Assembly (NCBI GenBank): GCA_964202905.1
Contig: CAXNJO010000013.1
Span: 32,001 to 96,000 of the forward strand
DNA from: Polyangiales bacterium
Lineage (GTDB): Bacteria; Myxococcota_A; Polyangia; Polyangiales; JADJQN01
DNA length: 64,000 nt
Reading direction: 5' to 3'
Position 1 is the first letter of the stretch. Each line of letters starts with the position of its first letter. Shown one piece after another: positions 54,324 to 63,044 of the stretch. The position numbers were made by a program, and so were the translations under genes. A model generated the notes under the pieces. It made no database searches and was not told the DNA's origin. It saw only the letters and a list, made by a program, of their open reading frames with translations.

Positions 54324-56312
54324 ATGGCGGTTTTCGACCGGGACTCCGAGCGCAGGGAGATGGTCCGTGTGCAGCTCGTCGGGCGCGGGATCGCCGACGA
54401 CGCCGTCCTCGCCGCGATGCGCGAGGTGCCGCGCGAGGTGTTCGTGCCCCCGGCGCTCGCGGCGCGCGCGTACGAGGACGGGCCGCTGCCGATCGCAGCC
54501 GGACAGACCATCTCCCAGCCGTTCATCGTGGCCGCGATGGTGGAGGCGGCCCGCGTCACCCGCGACAGCCGCGTGCTCGAGATCGGCGCGGGCTCGGGCT
54601 ACGCGGCGGCCGTCCTCTCGCGCATCGCGGCCGAGGTGTTCGCGATCGAGCGACACGAGGTCCTCGCCGAGGCGGCCACAGCGCGCCTTGCCGGACTCGG
54701 ATACGACAACACCCTCCTCCGCTGCGCGGACGGCACGCGTGGGTGGCCGGAGCACGCCCCCTTCGACGCGATCATCGTCTCGGCCGGAGGCCCGACGGTG
54801 CCGACGGCCCTGATGGAGCAACTCGCGGTGAGCGGGCGCATTGTCATCGCCGTCGGCCCGACGCGCGACGAACAGCGACTCGTGCGCGTGGTGAAGCTCG
54901 GTCCCGGGCAACACGCGCAGGAGGACCTCGGCGCGGTGCATTTCGTGCCGCTCATCGGCGTCGGCGGCTGGCCCGCGTCCCTCGCGCCGGGCGGCGAGCG
55001 GCCTGCGGCGCAGCGCGGCGTCGCGCAGCTGATCCGCGAAAGCGCCGAGCCGCTCGACGACATCGACGAGGCCTCGCTCGGCGCGCTGCTCTCACGCATC
55101 GGAGACGCGCGCGTCGTGCTGCTCGGCGAGGCGACGCACGGGACCTCCGAGTTCTACCGGATGCGCGCGCGGATCACGCGCGAGCTGATCCTGCGGCGTG
55201 GCTTCCGGATCGTCGCGGTCGAGGCGGACTGGCCTGACGCGGCGGTGGTCGCTCGGCACGTGCGTCAGCTCCCGAGCGCGCCGCGCAGCTGGTCGGCGTT
55301 CAGCCGGTTTCCCACTTGGATGTGGCGAAACGCAGAGACGCGCGAGCTGATCACATGGATTCGAGAATACAATTATGAACACAAGACATCGAGTGAAAGA
55401 GTCGGATTCTACGGCCTCGATCTCTACAGTCTCTACACCTCGATCTCCGAGGTCGTCGGCTGGCTCGACCGCGTCGATCCCGCTGCAGCGCGGCGCGCGC
55501 GCGAGCGCTACGGCTGCCTCGCGACCTGGGCCGAGGACCCGGCAGCCTACGGGCAGGCCGCACGCTCGCGGTTCGCGCGGATCTGCGAGCGGGAGGTCAC
55601 GCAGATGCTGCGCGACCTGCTCGAGCGGCGCGTCGCGTGGGCGGGCGCGAACGGCGACGCCTTCCTCGACGCGCTCCAGAACGCGCGCCTCGTCGCCGAC
55701 GCCGAGCGCTACTACCGCGTGATGAACGAGGGGGCCACGGCGTCGTGGAACCTCCGCGATCAGCACATGTTCGACACGCTCGAGGCGGTGCTCGCCTTCC
55801 GCGGGCCGGGCGCGCGCGCCGTCGTGTGGGAGCACAACTCGCACGTCGGCGACGCCACGGCGACGGACATGGGCGCACGCGGCGAGCACAACGTCGGGAG
55901 CCTCCGCCGGGCGCGCTTCGGCGAGGACGTCTACATCCTCGGCTTCGGCACGGATCGCGGCACGGTCGCGGCGGCGTCGGGCTGGGACCAGCCGGTGGAG
56001 ATCATGCGCGTGCGGCCCGCGCGCGACGACAGCTACGAGGGCCTCTTCCACCGCGCCGGGCTCACCGCGGGCCTGCTGCATCTGCGCCGACCGCGGCGCG
56101 CGTCGGTGCGTGACGAGCTGCTCGTGCCGCGGCTCGAGCGCGCGATCGGCGTCGTCTTCCGGCCCGAGACCGAGCGCGCGAGCCACTGCTTCCAGGCGGT
56201 GTTGCCGCTGCAATTCGACGAGTACGCGTTCTTCGACGAGACGCACGCCGTCACACCGCTCCCCGCGGAGCAGCCGCACGGGATGCCTGACACCTGGCCG
56301 TTCGGGCTCTAG
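54324..56312 (+). CDS. pcm: Protein-L-isoaspartate O-methyltransferase fused to an erythromycin-esterase-family domain
   Basis: N-terminal VPREVF, GQTISQP, LEIGAGSGYAAA and APFDAIIVSA. C-terminal LLGEATHGTSEFY, EADWPDA, WNLRDQHM, WEHNSHVGDA, ERAIGV and PDTWPFGL. Confidence 0.92.
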   Translation: MAVFDRDSERREMVRVQLVGRGIADDAVLAAMREVPREVFVPPALAARAYEDGPLPIAAGQTISQPFIVAAMVEAARVTRDSRVLEIGAGSGYAAAVLSRIAAEVFAIERHEVLAEAATARLAGLGYDNTLLRCADGTRGWPEHAPFDAIIVSAGGPTVPTALMEQLAVSGRIVIAVGPTRDEQRLVRVVKLGPGQHAQEDLGAVHFVPLIGVGGWPASLAPGGERPAAQRGVAQLIRESAEPLDDIDEASLGALLSRIGDARVVLLGEATHGTSEFYRMRARITRELILRRGFRIVAVEADWPDAAVVARHVRQLPSAPRSWSAFSRFPTWMWRNAETRELITWIREYNYEHKTSSERVGFYGLDLYSLYTSISEVVGWLDRVDPAAARRARERYGCLATWAEDPAAYGQAARSRFARICEREVTQMLRDLLERRVAWAGANGDAFLDALQNARLVADAERYYRVMNEGATASWNLRDQHMFDTLEAVLAFRGPGARAVVWEHNSHVGDATATDMGARGEHNVGSLRRARFGEDVYILGFGTDRGTVAAASGWDQPVEIMRVRPARDDSYEGLFHRAGLTAGLLHLRRPRRASVRDELLVPRLERAIGVVFRPETERASHCFQAVLPLQFDEYAFFDETHAVTPLPAEQPHGMPDTWPFGL

Positions 56313-56339
56313 GCCGGCGCCCACCGAGGAGCTGCGCGC

Positions 56340-57512
56340 ATGACCAGCCACACCCGGCTCTGCTTCGGCGACGACGCGCGGGCGCGCGTGCTGACGGGCG
56401 CGACGGCCCTCGCCGATGCGATCCGCATCACGCTCGGCCCGCGCTCACGCAGCGTCCTCATCGGCGCGCGTTGGGGGACGCCGACTGTGTGCGACGACGG
56501 CGTGACCATCGCGCGGCAGCTGCACCTGAAGGAGCCCGAGGAGGACCTCGGCGTGCAGATGCTGCGCCAGGCCGCCGTCCGCACGGACGACGCGGTGGGC
56601 GACGCGGTGGGCGACGGCACGAGCACGTCGGCGGTGCTGGCGCACGCGCTCTTCGCCGACGGGCTCCGCAACGTGGTCGCGGGCGCGAGCGCGACGGAGC
56701 TGCGGCGCGGGATGACGCTCGCGTCGGCGGCCGTGAGCGACGCGCTCCGAGGCATGGCGCGCCCGGTGTCGTCGCGGAGCGAGAAGGTGCAGGTCGCGAC
56801 CGTGTCCGCGCACGGCGACGCCACGCTCGGCGAGCTCGTGGGCGACGCGGTGCATCGTGTCGGCGGCGACGGAGTCGTCACCGTCGAAGAAGCGCGGGCG
56901 ACCGAGACGAACATCGAGATCGTCGAGGGGATGCGCTTCGATCGGGGCTGTTTGTCGCCCTATTTCGTGACGTCGACCGAGCGCATGGAGTGCTCGCTCG
57001 ACCACCCCTACGTGCTCGTGACCGACCGCCGCGTCGGCGCGCCGTCCGAGCGCGAGCTCAAGCAGCGCAAGGAGGCCGTCGAGGACGCGATCCGCTCGAC
57101 GCAGGCCGCCGTCGCGGAGGGCATCGTGCCGGGCGGCGGCGGCGCGCTCGCACGCGCGGGGGCGGCGGTGATCGAGGTCGAACGCGGGCTCGAGGGTGAT
57201 CGGCTCACGGGCGCGCGGATCCTGAGGACCGCCCTCGTCGCGCCGCTGCGGCAGATCGCGACGAACTCCGGGGCCGATCCCGGCGTCGTCCTCGAGCACG
57301 TGCTCGCGGGGAGCGGGGCCTTCGGCTTCGACGCGGCGACCGGGCGCTACGGCGACCTCATCGAGGCGGGCATCGTCGATCCGGTGCAGGTCGTGCGGAT
57401 CGCCCCCGAAAATGCGGTGTCCGTCGCCGGCACGCTGCTCCTCGCGGAGGCGACCATGACCGAGCGCGAGGACGACGCGGAGAACCCCGCCGCCCCCGAC
57501 GGAGAGACCTGA
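56340..57512 (+). CDS. groL: GroEL paralogue with an in-frame deletion of nearly all of the apical domain (possible pseudogene)
   Basis: TLGPR, DGVTIA, GDGTST and EGMRFDRG.LSPYF, then VLVTDRRV joined directly to GAPSERELKQRKEAVEDA, EGIVPGGG and GIVDP. It is 390 aa against ~545 for full-length GroEL. Confidence 0.9.
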   Translation: MTSHTRLCFGDDARARVLTGATALADAIRITLGPRSRSVLIGARWGTPTVCDDGVTIARQLHLKEPEEDLGVQMLRQAAVRTDDAVGDAVGDGTSTSAVLAHALFADGLRNVVAGASATELRRGMTLASAAVSDALRGMARPVSSRSEKVQVATVSAHGDATLGELVGDAVHRVGGDGVVTVEEARATETNIEIVEGMRFDRGCLSPYFVTSTERMECSLDHPYVLVTDRRVGAPSERELKQRKEAVEDAIRSTQAAVAEGIVPGGGGALARAGAAVIEVERGLEGDRLTGARILRTALVAPLRQIATNSGADPGVVLEHVLAGSGAFGFDAATGRYGDLIEAGIVDPVQVVRIAPENAVSVAGTLLLAEATMTEREDDAENPAAPDGET

Positions 57513-57572
57513 GCGTCCGGATCGAACGCGTCGCTTCCGCGGCGCGGCGGCCGGCCCACGAGGAGACAACGC

Positions 57573-57992
57573 ATGCGAGCCGACGAGATCATGACCGACG
57601 AGGTGATCACCATCCGCGCGACCCAGACGGTCGCGGACGCGCTCGACGTGTTCTCCGAGCGGCGCGTGCGTCATCTGCCGGTGCTCGGCGACGCGGGCCA
57701 GCTCGTCGGCATGCTGAGCGACCGCGACGTGCGCTCGCTCGGCGTGACGCATCCCCTCGACGAGCGCAGCCTCCAGCGGCTGCACGAGCGGCTGCGCGCG
57801 AGCGTGTCGAGCGCGATGCAGGGTGACGTCGCGACGGTCGGTCCCGACACGGAGCTGCGCGAGCTCATCGACACGATGCTCGAGGCGGGCGTCGGCGCGC
57901 TGCCCGTCGTCGACGAGGACACGGACTCGCTCGTCGGCATCGTGAGTTACGTGGACGTGCTGCGCGCGGTCTCCTCGGCGCCCGAGGCCTGA
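57573..57992 (+). CDS. CBS domain-containing protein
   Basis: Paired CBS motifs (VRHLPV...LVGMLSDRD; VGALPVV...LVGIVSYVD); RBS AGGAG. Confidence 0.92.
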   Translation: MRADEIMTDEVITIRATQTVADALDVFSERRVRHLPVLGDAGQLVGMLSDRDVRSLGVTHPLDERSLQRLHERLRASVSSAMQGDVATVGPDTELRELIDTMLEAGVGALPVVDEDTDSLVGIVSYVDVLRAVSSAPEA

Positions 57993-58038
57993 CGGGCCGA
58001 GTCCGTCGCGGGCGGCGCGGGCTGCTACCCTCGCGCAC

Positions 58039-59238
58039 ATGTTCGTCGCGTTTCTCTACGAGCTGCGCAAGCGCAAGGTCCCCGTCGGCACCACCGAGGC
58101 CGTGCAGCTCGCCCGCGCGCTCGGCGCGGGGCTGCACGGCTCGTCGCTCGACGGTTTCTACCACGTCGCGCGCGCCATCCTCGTGCACTCCGAGGCGCAC
58201 CTCGACGCGTTCGACGAGGCGTTCGCCGCGCACTTTCGCGGGGTCGCGGCGGATGCCCTGAAGGTGCACGAGGAGCTGCTCGAGTGGCTCCGCGAGGCCC
58301 AGAAGCTCGAGCGGCCGCTCACCGAGGAGGAGGCCGCGCTCGGCGAGGCGCTCGACCTCGAGGAGTTGCGCCGCCTGTTCGAGGAGCGTCTCCGCGAGCA
58401 GAAGGAGCGCCACGACGGCGGCAACAAGTGGATCGGCACGGGCGGCACCTCGCCGTTCGGGCACTCGGGGCGCGCGCATCAGCCGGGCGTGCGCGTCGGC
58501 GGGCCGGGCGGCGGCCGCAGCGCCGTGCAGATCGCCGACGCCCGCAAGTATCGACCGTACCGCAGCGATCTCTCGCTCGACGTGCGGCAGATGCAGGTCG
58601 CGCTCCGCAAGCTGCGCGCCTTCGAGCGCGAAGGCGGCGAGCAGGAGCTCGACCTCGAGGGTACCATCGACGCGACGGCGAAGAACGCCGGCGAGCTCGA
58701 CGTCGTGACGCGCCCACCTCGGCGCCCGAGCACGCGCGTCGTGCTGCTGATGGACGTCGGCGGCTCGATGGACCCGTACATCCACACGGTGTCGCGCCTC
58801 TTCAGCGCTGCGAGCAAAGCCTCGCATTTCAAGGATTTTCGCGCGTACTACTTCCACAACTGCGTGTACGGACGCGTCTACCGCACCGACCGCTTCGACG
58901 ACCCGGTGCTCGTGCGCGACCTGCTCGCCGAGTGCGGCAAGCACTACAAGCTCATCGTGGTGGGCGACGCGCTCATGGCCCCCTACGAGTTGATGTCGCC
59001 GGGCGGCACGATCGACCCGAGCGAGGGCGAGCGCCTCGAGGGGATCCGCTGGCTCCAGCGCCTCGCCGATCACTTCGAGAAGAGCGCCTGGCTCAACCCG
59101 GAGGCGCCGCACTACTGGGCGGGCAACACGATCGAGGTCATCCGTCAGGTGTTCCCGATGTTCCCGCTCACGCTCGAGGGCCTCGGCGAGGCGGTCACGC
59201 ACCTCGTTCGCGGCCGGGGCGCGCGGCGCGCAGCGTGA
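58039..59238 (+). CDS. VWA domain (CoxE-like) protein, MoxR partner
   Basis: EQKERHDGGNKWIGTGGTSPFG, MIDAS-like MDVGGSM, YFHNCVY, VGDALMAPYE and WLNP. Confidence 0.9.
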   Translation: MFVAFLYELRKRKVPVGTTEAVQLARALGAGLHGSSLDGFYHVARAILVHSEAHLDAFDEAFAAHFRGVAADALKVHEELLEWLREAQKLERPLTEEEAALGEALDLEELRRLFEERLREQKERHDGGNKWIGTGGTSPFGHSGRAHQPGVRVGGPGGGRSAVQIADARKYRPYRSDLSLDVRQMQVALRKLRAFEREGGEQELDLEGTIDATAKNAGELDVVTRPPRRPSTRVVLLMDVGGSMDPYIHTVSRLFSAASKASHFKDFRAYYFHNCVYGRVYRTDRFDDPVLVRDLLAECGKHYKLIVVGDALMAPYELMSPGGTIDPSEGERLEGIRWLQRLADHFEKSAWLNPEAPHYWAGNTIEVIRQVFPMFPLTLEGLGEAVTHLVRGRGARRAA

Positions 59239-59333
59239 GCACGGCGCCGCGCCGAGGACATCCGGCGCGAAGGGCGTGAGCCGCGCATCGCGTGTGCGGT
59301 GCGGGCGCGCCCCCTCACGCGCTGAATGGCGAT

Positions 59334-59933
59334 TCAGTACGCGCTGAGCAGCGCCTCGGTCGAGGCCGAGAGGCACACGCGCGTCGAGACGATGCCCGTC
59401 GGCGCGCGCACGTAGGCGAGCTCGCAGGCGAGCCCCGCGGGGCAGGACTCGTCACTCGTGCAGAGGTCCACGCAGAGGCCGAGCGAGCGCTCGCAGAACT
59501 GGCTGTTGCAGTCGCCGTTCTGCGTGCAGGCGGCGCCCGCCTGCCGGTTGTGCAGGCCCGCGCCCGTGTCCTGGAGACACACGGGGACCGTCTCGATGGC
59601 GGTCATCCCGGTGATGGCCGCCGGCGAGCCGGCGCCGAAGGTGCCCACGGTGAGCGCGTTGCCGCGCAGCGAGCAGTGCGTGCCGCTCGGGCACTGGCTG
59701 TTGAGGGCGCACGGCTGCGCGCACACGCCGCTCACGCAGCTCTGCGTGCCCCAGCGGCACGCGGGCGTGCCGGTCGCCGAGCACGCCGAGCCCGTCGCCG
59801 CCGTGCCGTTGTCGTCGAGCGCGCAGCGGGCATACATCGCGGGCGAGGTCCCGGTGATGCGGAGGATCTCGCAGACCGTGCCCGTCGCGCAGCTCCCGTT
59901 ATCGCCAGGCGCGTGGTGCGAGCAGAAGTCCAC
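59334..59933 (-). CDS. Cys-rich protein, apparently a 5'-truncated fragment
   Basis: 199-aa disulfide-rich sequence with coding-like GC3 bias but no signal peptide or RBS; begins abruptly. Confidence 0.6.
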   Translation of the reverse strand: MDFCSHHAPGDNGSCATGTVCEILRITGTSPAMYARCALDDNGTAATGSACSATGTPACRWGTQSCVSGVCAQPCALNSQCPSGTHCSLRGNALTVGTFGAGSPAAITGMTAIETVPVCLQDTGAGLHNRQAGAACTQNGDCNSQFCERSLGLCVDLCTSDESCPAGLACELAYVRAPTGIVSTRVCLSASTEALLSAY

Positions 59934-60053
59934 GCGAAACGTGGCAGCGCGAACGCAGCGCGCCGGGCGACGCGCACGCGTGACGCTCGCCCGAGTTCCT
60001 CGCGATTTCAGGGAGATCGACGACGCCCCGCGGCGCGCTCGCCCGCCGAGGCG

Positions 60054-60935
60054 TCAGGGCGCGCGGAGGTTGTTCCCGCAGAGGTCGGTGTCGGGGTCCG
60101 CGTCGCACACGGGGTCCGTGCACGTCGGCGTGCCGAAGCAGCCCGCGCCGCCGCACGACTGGCAGCAGCGCGTGCCGCCCCCGCAGCGCGCGGGACCCTC
60201 GCACGACTCGCCGCGCGTGCGCTCGACGCAGCGACGTCCGACCACGCAGCCGCGCACCGGGTCGAAGATCTCGAGCGGGCCGCAGGTGCAGGCCATCGCC
60301 GCGCAGTCGAGCTCGCACGCCACGCCGCACACCGAGTTGCAGCAGGTGGCCGCCCACGTGCCGTCCGTCCGCGCGCAGAGCAGCTCGGGCGGGAGCGGAT
60401 CCACGACGGCGCACATCGGATCGGCGACGCAACCCGCGTCGGCGTCGTAGTTGCGACCGCTGCCGCAGTTGCAGGCGGGGGCGCCGACCAGACAGACCTG
60501 CGGAGGCGGGAGGCCGCAGCGGTAGTCGCCGCATTCCTCCGCCCACCACGCCCACTCTCCGCCCGTCGCGCGGCAGCGCTGCGGTTTGCACGCGGCGTGC
60601 GCCGCCTCGCACGCAGCGAGGCTGTTGGCCCCGGTGGTCGCGCAGTCCGCGCCGACACACGCCCCGCAGTCGATCTCGGCGCACGCCTCGCCGTCCCAGT
60701 GCCAGCGCGAAGGGCCGTCACACAGCGCCACGGGACACGGATCGCGGCGCGCGTCCTCGGGATCGCAGAGGTCCCGCGGCCCGGCATCGAGGACGTCGCC
60801 GTCGACCGGGGCGGCATCGGGCAGCGCCGCATCGGGCAGCGCGGCGTTGGGTGCGGTGTGCGTCGCGCTGCATGCCGCAGCGCCGAGCGCGAGCAGCAGG
60901 GACGTCGTGCGTGCCAGGGTGTGCCGAGTCGTCAT
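60054..60935 (-). CDS. Cys-rich lipoprotein
   Basis: Lipobox AAAC, (AALPD) linker and a Cys-dense region including a Kunitz-like C...RWHWDG..C....CG.C.G segment. Confidence 0.8.
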   Translation of the reverse strand: MTTRHTLARTTSLLLALGAAACSATHTAPNAALPDAALPDAAPVDGDVLDAGPRDLCDPEDARRDPCPVALCDGPSRWHWDGEACAEIDCGACVGADCATTGANSLAACEAAHAACKPQRCRATGGEWAWWAEECGDYRCGLPPPQVCLVGAPACNCGSGRNYDADAGCVADPMCAVVDPLPPELLCARTDGTWAATCCNSVCGVACELDCAAMACTCGPLEIFDPVRGCVVGRRCVERTRGESCEGPARCGGGTRCCQSCGGAGCFGTPTCTDPVCDADPDTDLCGNNLRAP

Positions 60936-61041
60936 GATCGCAGGAGCGATGCACGCGGCGTGCCCGCCTGCGCGACCTGCGCGATCGGCGCGACCCGGTC
61001 GTCCTTGACGCTGCGGTGCCGTCCCGGTCTGATGCGGCGCG

Positions 61042-63036
61042 ATGACGACCCCCCGGGAGAACGTGCGCCGCAGCGGCGAAGACGGCGATGCGCGCGACGC
61101 TTCCGGCGAAACCGAAGAGGCCCTGCGCGCGCGGATCGCGCACCTCGAGCGCGAGCTCGCCGCGACGCGCGCGGAGCGCGACTTCCTCTACGCCGCGCTC
61201 GAACACGTCCCGGTCGGCCTCGAGCTCTACGACCACGAGGGAGTCGCGCTCTGGCTCAACCGCGCGATGGTGGAGTTCACGGGGCTGCCCTCCGCCGAGA
61301 TCGCGGTGGGGCGCTTCAACATCCTCACGGATCCGTTCTCCGTCGTGACGGGCATGGTGGACCTCTTCCGCCGCGCCTACGCCGGAGAGGTCGTCCACAC
61401 GCGCGAGTTCGCGATCGACCTGCAGCTCGCCGCCATCGACTGGGGCGCATCCGGCAAGCAGATCCGCTTTCGCATGGTGCTCTGCCCGCAGCGCGACGAG
61501 GCGGGGCGCGTGCTGCGCGTCCTCGCCGTGATGTTCGAGGTCACGCAGCACCACGTCGCGCGGCGCGTCGCCGAGCGGCTGCTCGCGACCGCGAGCGACG
61601 AGGAGGCCTCGCAGCTCGTCGTCCAAGAACTCGCCGGGGAGCTCGACATCGTCGGCGCGCGCGTCTGGCGCACGACGAACGCCACCGGCCCGGGCCTCGC
61701 GCTCGTCGCGCAACACGAACGTCACCGCGACGAGGGCGCACCGGCGCCGCCCGCGGACTTCGCGGAGCGCACGCGCGACGCGGCGCGCACGCAGGCCGTG
61801 CTGCGCGACGAGGGCGACGCGACGCGCTGGGAGGTCGCGCTCGGTGCGGCGGGGGCCCACGCCGACGCGCTCGGCGTGCACGCCCTCGTCGCGGCGCCCA
61901 TCGCGGCGCCGCACGGCGTCATCGGCGTCATCGAGGTGGGCACCTCCTCGCGCTACCTCGCGACACAGGCGCTGCCCGCGATGGTCGAGCGGCTCGCGGA
62001 GCTCTACGCGGAGTTCGTCGAGCGCTCGCGCGCGCAGCGTCGCTTCGAGGCGCTGTTCGAGCGCTCGCCCGATCCCACGCTCGTCATCGACGCGGACGGC
62101 GCGGTGCGCGCGGCGAACGAGCGCGCGCGGGCCCTCCTCGGCGCGACGCCGACCTCGCTCACGACGACCTTCGAGGGATTCGCGGGGCTCGACCCGCGAC
62201 ACGCGGCGGTCTTCGACGGAGACGAGGCCGCGGGGGCGCCAGCCACCTGGATCGAGCGGACGATCGTCGATGCCCGCGGCGAGGCGATCCCCACGGAGAC
62301 GGCCGTCTCCCTGCTCGACGCCGACCTCCACGGCGGCACGAAGACGGCGCTCCTCGTGCTGCGCGATCTGCGCGAGCGCCTGCGCCTCGAGGCGGCGCTG
62401 CGCGGCTCGCTCGCCGAGAAGGACACGCTCCTCCGTGAGGTCCACCACCGCGTGAAGAACAACCTGCAGATCGTCTCGAGCCTCGTGAACATGCAGGCCG
62501 ATCGGCTCACGGACACCGCCGCGCGCGAGGCGCTCGTCGAGTGTTCGGACCGCGTCCGCGCGATGTCGCTCGTGCACCAGGTGCTCTACGGCGGCGACGA
62601 GCTCGGCAGCGTCCCGCTCGACGCGTACACGCGCTCGCTCGCGCATCATCTGCAGGGCTCGCTCGATCCGCACTGCGCGATCACGTTCCGGCTCGCGCCG
62701 GTGCGCGTGTCGCTCGAGGACGCGGTGCCCTGCGGGCTCATCCTGAACGAGCTGGTCACGAACGCGATCAAGCACGGGCGGTCGCCCGATGGCGGCTGCG
62801 CCCTCGAGATCGCGCTCACGCTGCGCGACGAGGGCTTCGAGCTGTGCGTCCTCGACGACGGCCCCGGCTTCACCCTCCCCGTCCCGCGCGGCTCACTCGG
62901 CGTGCAGCTGATCCACGCGCTCGCGCGGCAGCTCGGCGGCGCGCTCACGACCTCCCCGCGGACGGACGCAGAGCGCGCCTCGGCACGCGTGAGCGTCCGC
63001 CGGCGCTTGCACGACGACGCGACGCCCGCGCACTGA
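61042..63036 (+). CDS. PAS-GAF-PAS sensor histidine kinase (HisKA_2 type)
   Basis: H-box LLREVHHRVKNNLQ, NELVTNAIKHG, DDGPG and SLGVQLI; PAS- and GAF-like N-terminal segments; no TM helix. Confidence 0.92.
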   Translation: MTTPRENVRRSGEDGDARDASGETEEALRARIAHLERELAATRAERDFLYAALEHVPVGLELYDHEGVALWLNRAMVEFTGLPSAEIAVGRFNILTDPFSVVTGMVDLFRRAYAGEVVHTREFAIDLQLAAIDWGASGKQIRFRMVLCPQRDEAGRVLRVLAVMFEVTQHHVARRVAERLLATASDEEASQLVVQELAGELDIVGARVWRTTNATGPGLALVAQHERHRDEGAPAPPADFAERTRDAARTQAVLRDEGDATRWEVALGAAGAHADALGVHALVAAPIAAPHGVIGVIEVGTSSRYLATQALPAMVERLAELYAEFVERSRAQRRFEALFERSPDPTLVIDADGAVRAANERARALLGATPTSLTTTFEGFAGLDPRHAAVFDGDEAAGAPATWIERTIVDARGEAIPTETAVSLLDADLHGGTKTALLVLRDLRERLRLEAALRGSLAEKDTLLREVHHRVKNNLQIVSSLVNMQADRLTDTAAREALVECSDRVRAMSLVHQVLYGGDELGSVPLDAYTRSLAHHLQGSLDPHCAITFRLAPVRVSLEDAVPCGLILNELVTNAIKHGRSPDGGCALEIALTLRDEGFELCVLDDGPGFTLPVPRGSLGVQLIHALARQLGGALTTSPRTDAERASARVSVRRRLHDDATPAH

Positions 63037-63044
63037 ACCGCGAT

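Noticed and set aside
54324..56312. Erythromycin esterase domain as an antibiotic-resistance gene or novel fusion
   Set aside because: Pcm-erythromycin esterase-family fusions are a known widespread architecture, and nothing here shows macrolide specificity.
53185..58038. Mobile element boundaries around the block between moxR and vwa
   Set aside because: I found no transposase, integrase, terminal inverted repeats or direct repeats by eye, so it is not called a mobile element.
60054..60056. TGA read-through (selenocysteine) joining the two Cys-rich ORFs
   Set aside because: The 40 codons after the TGA look non-coding, the TGA is not at an expected Cys position, and I saw no convincing SECIS hairpin.
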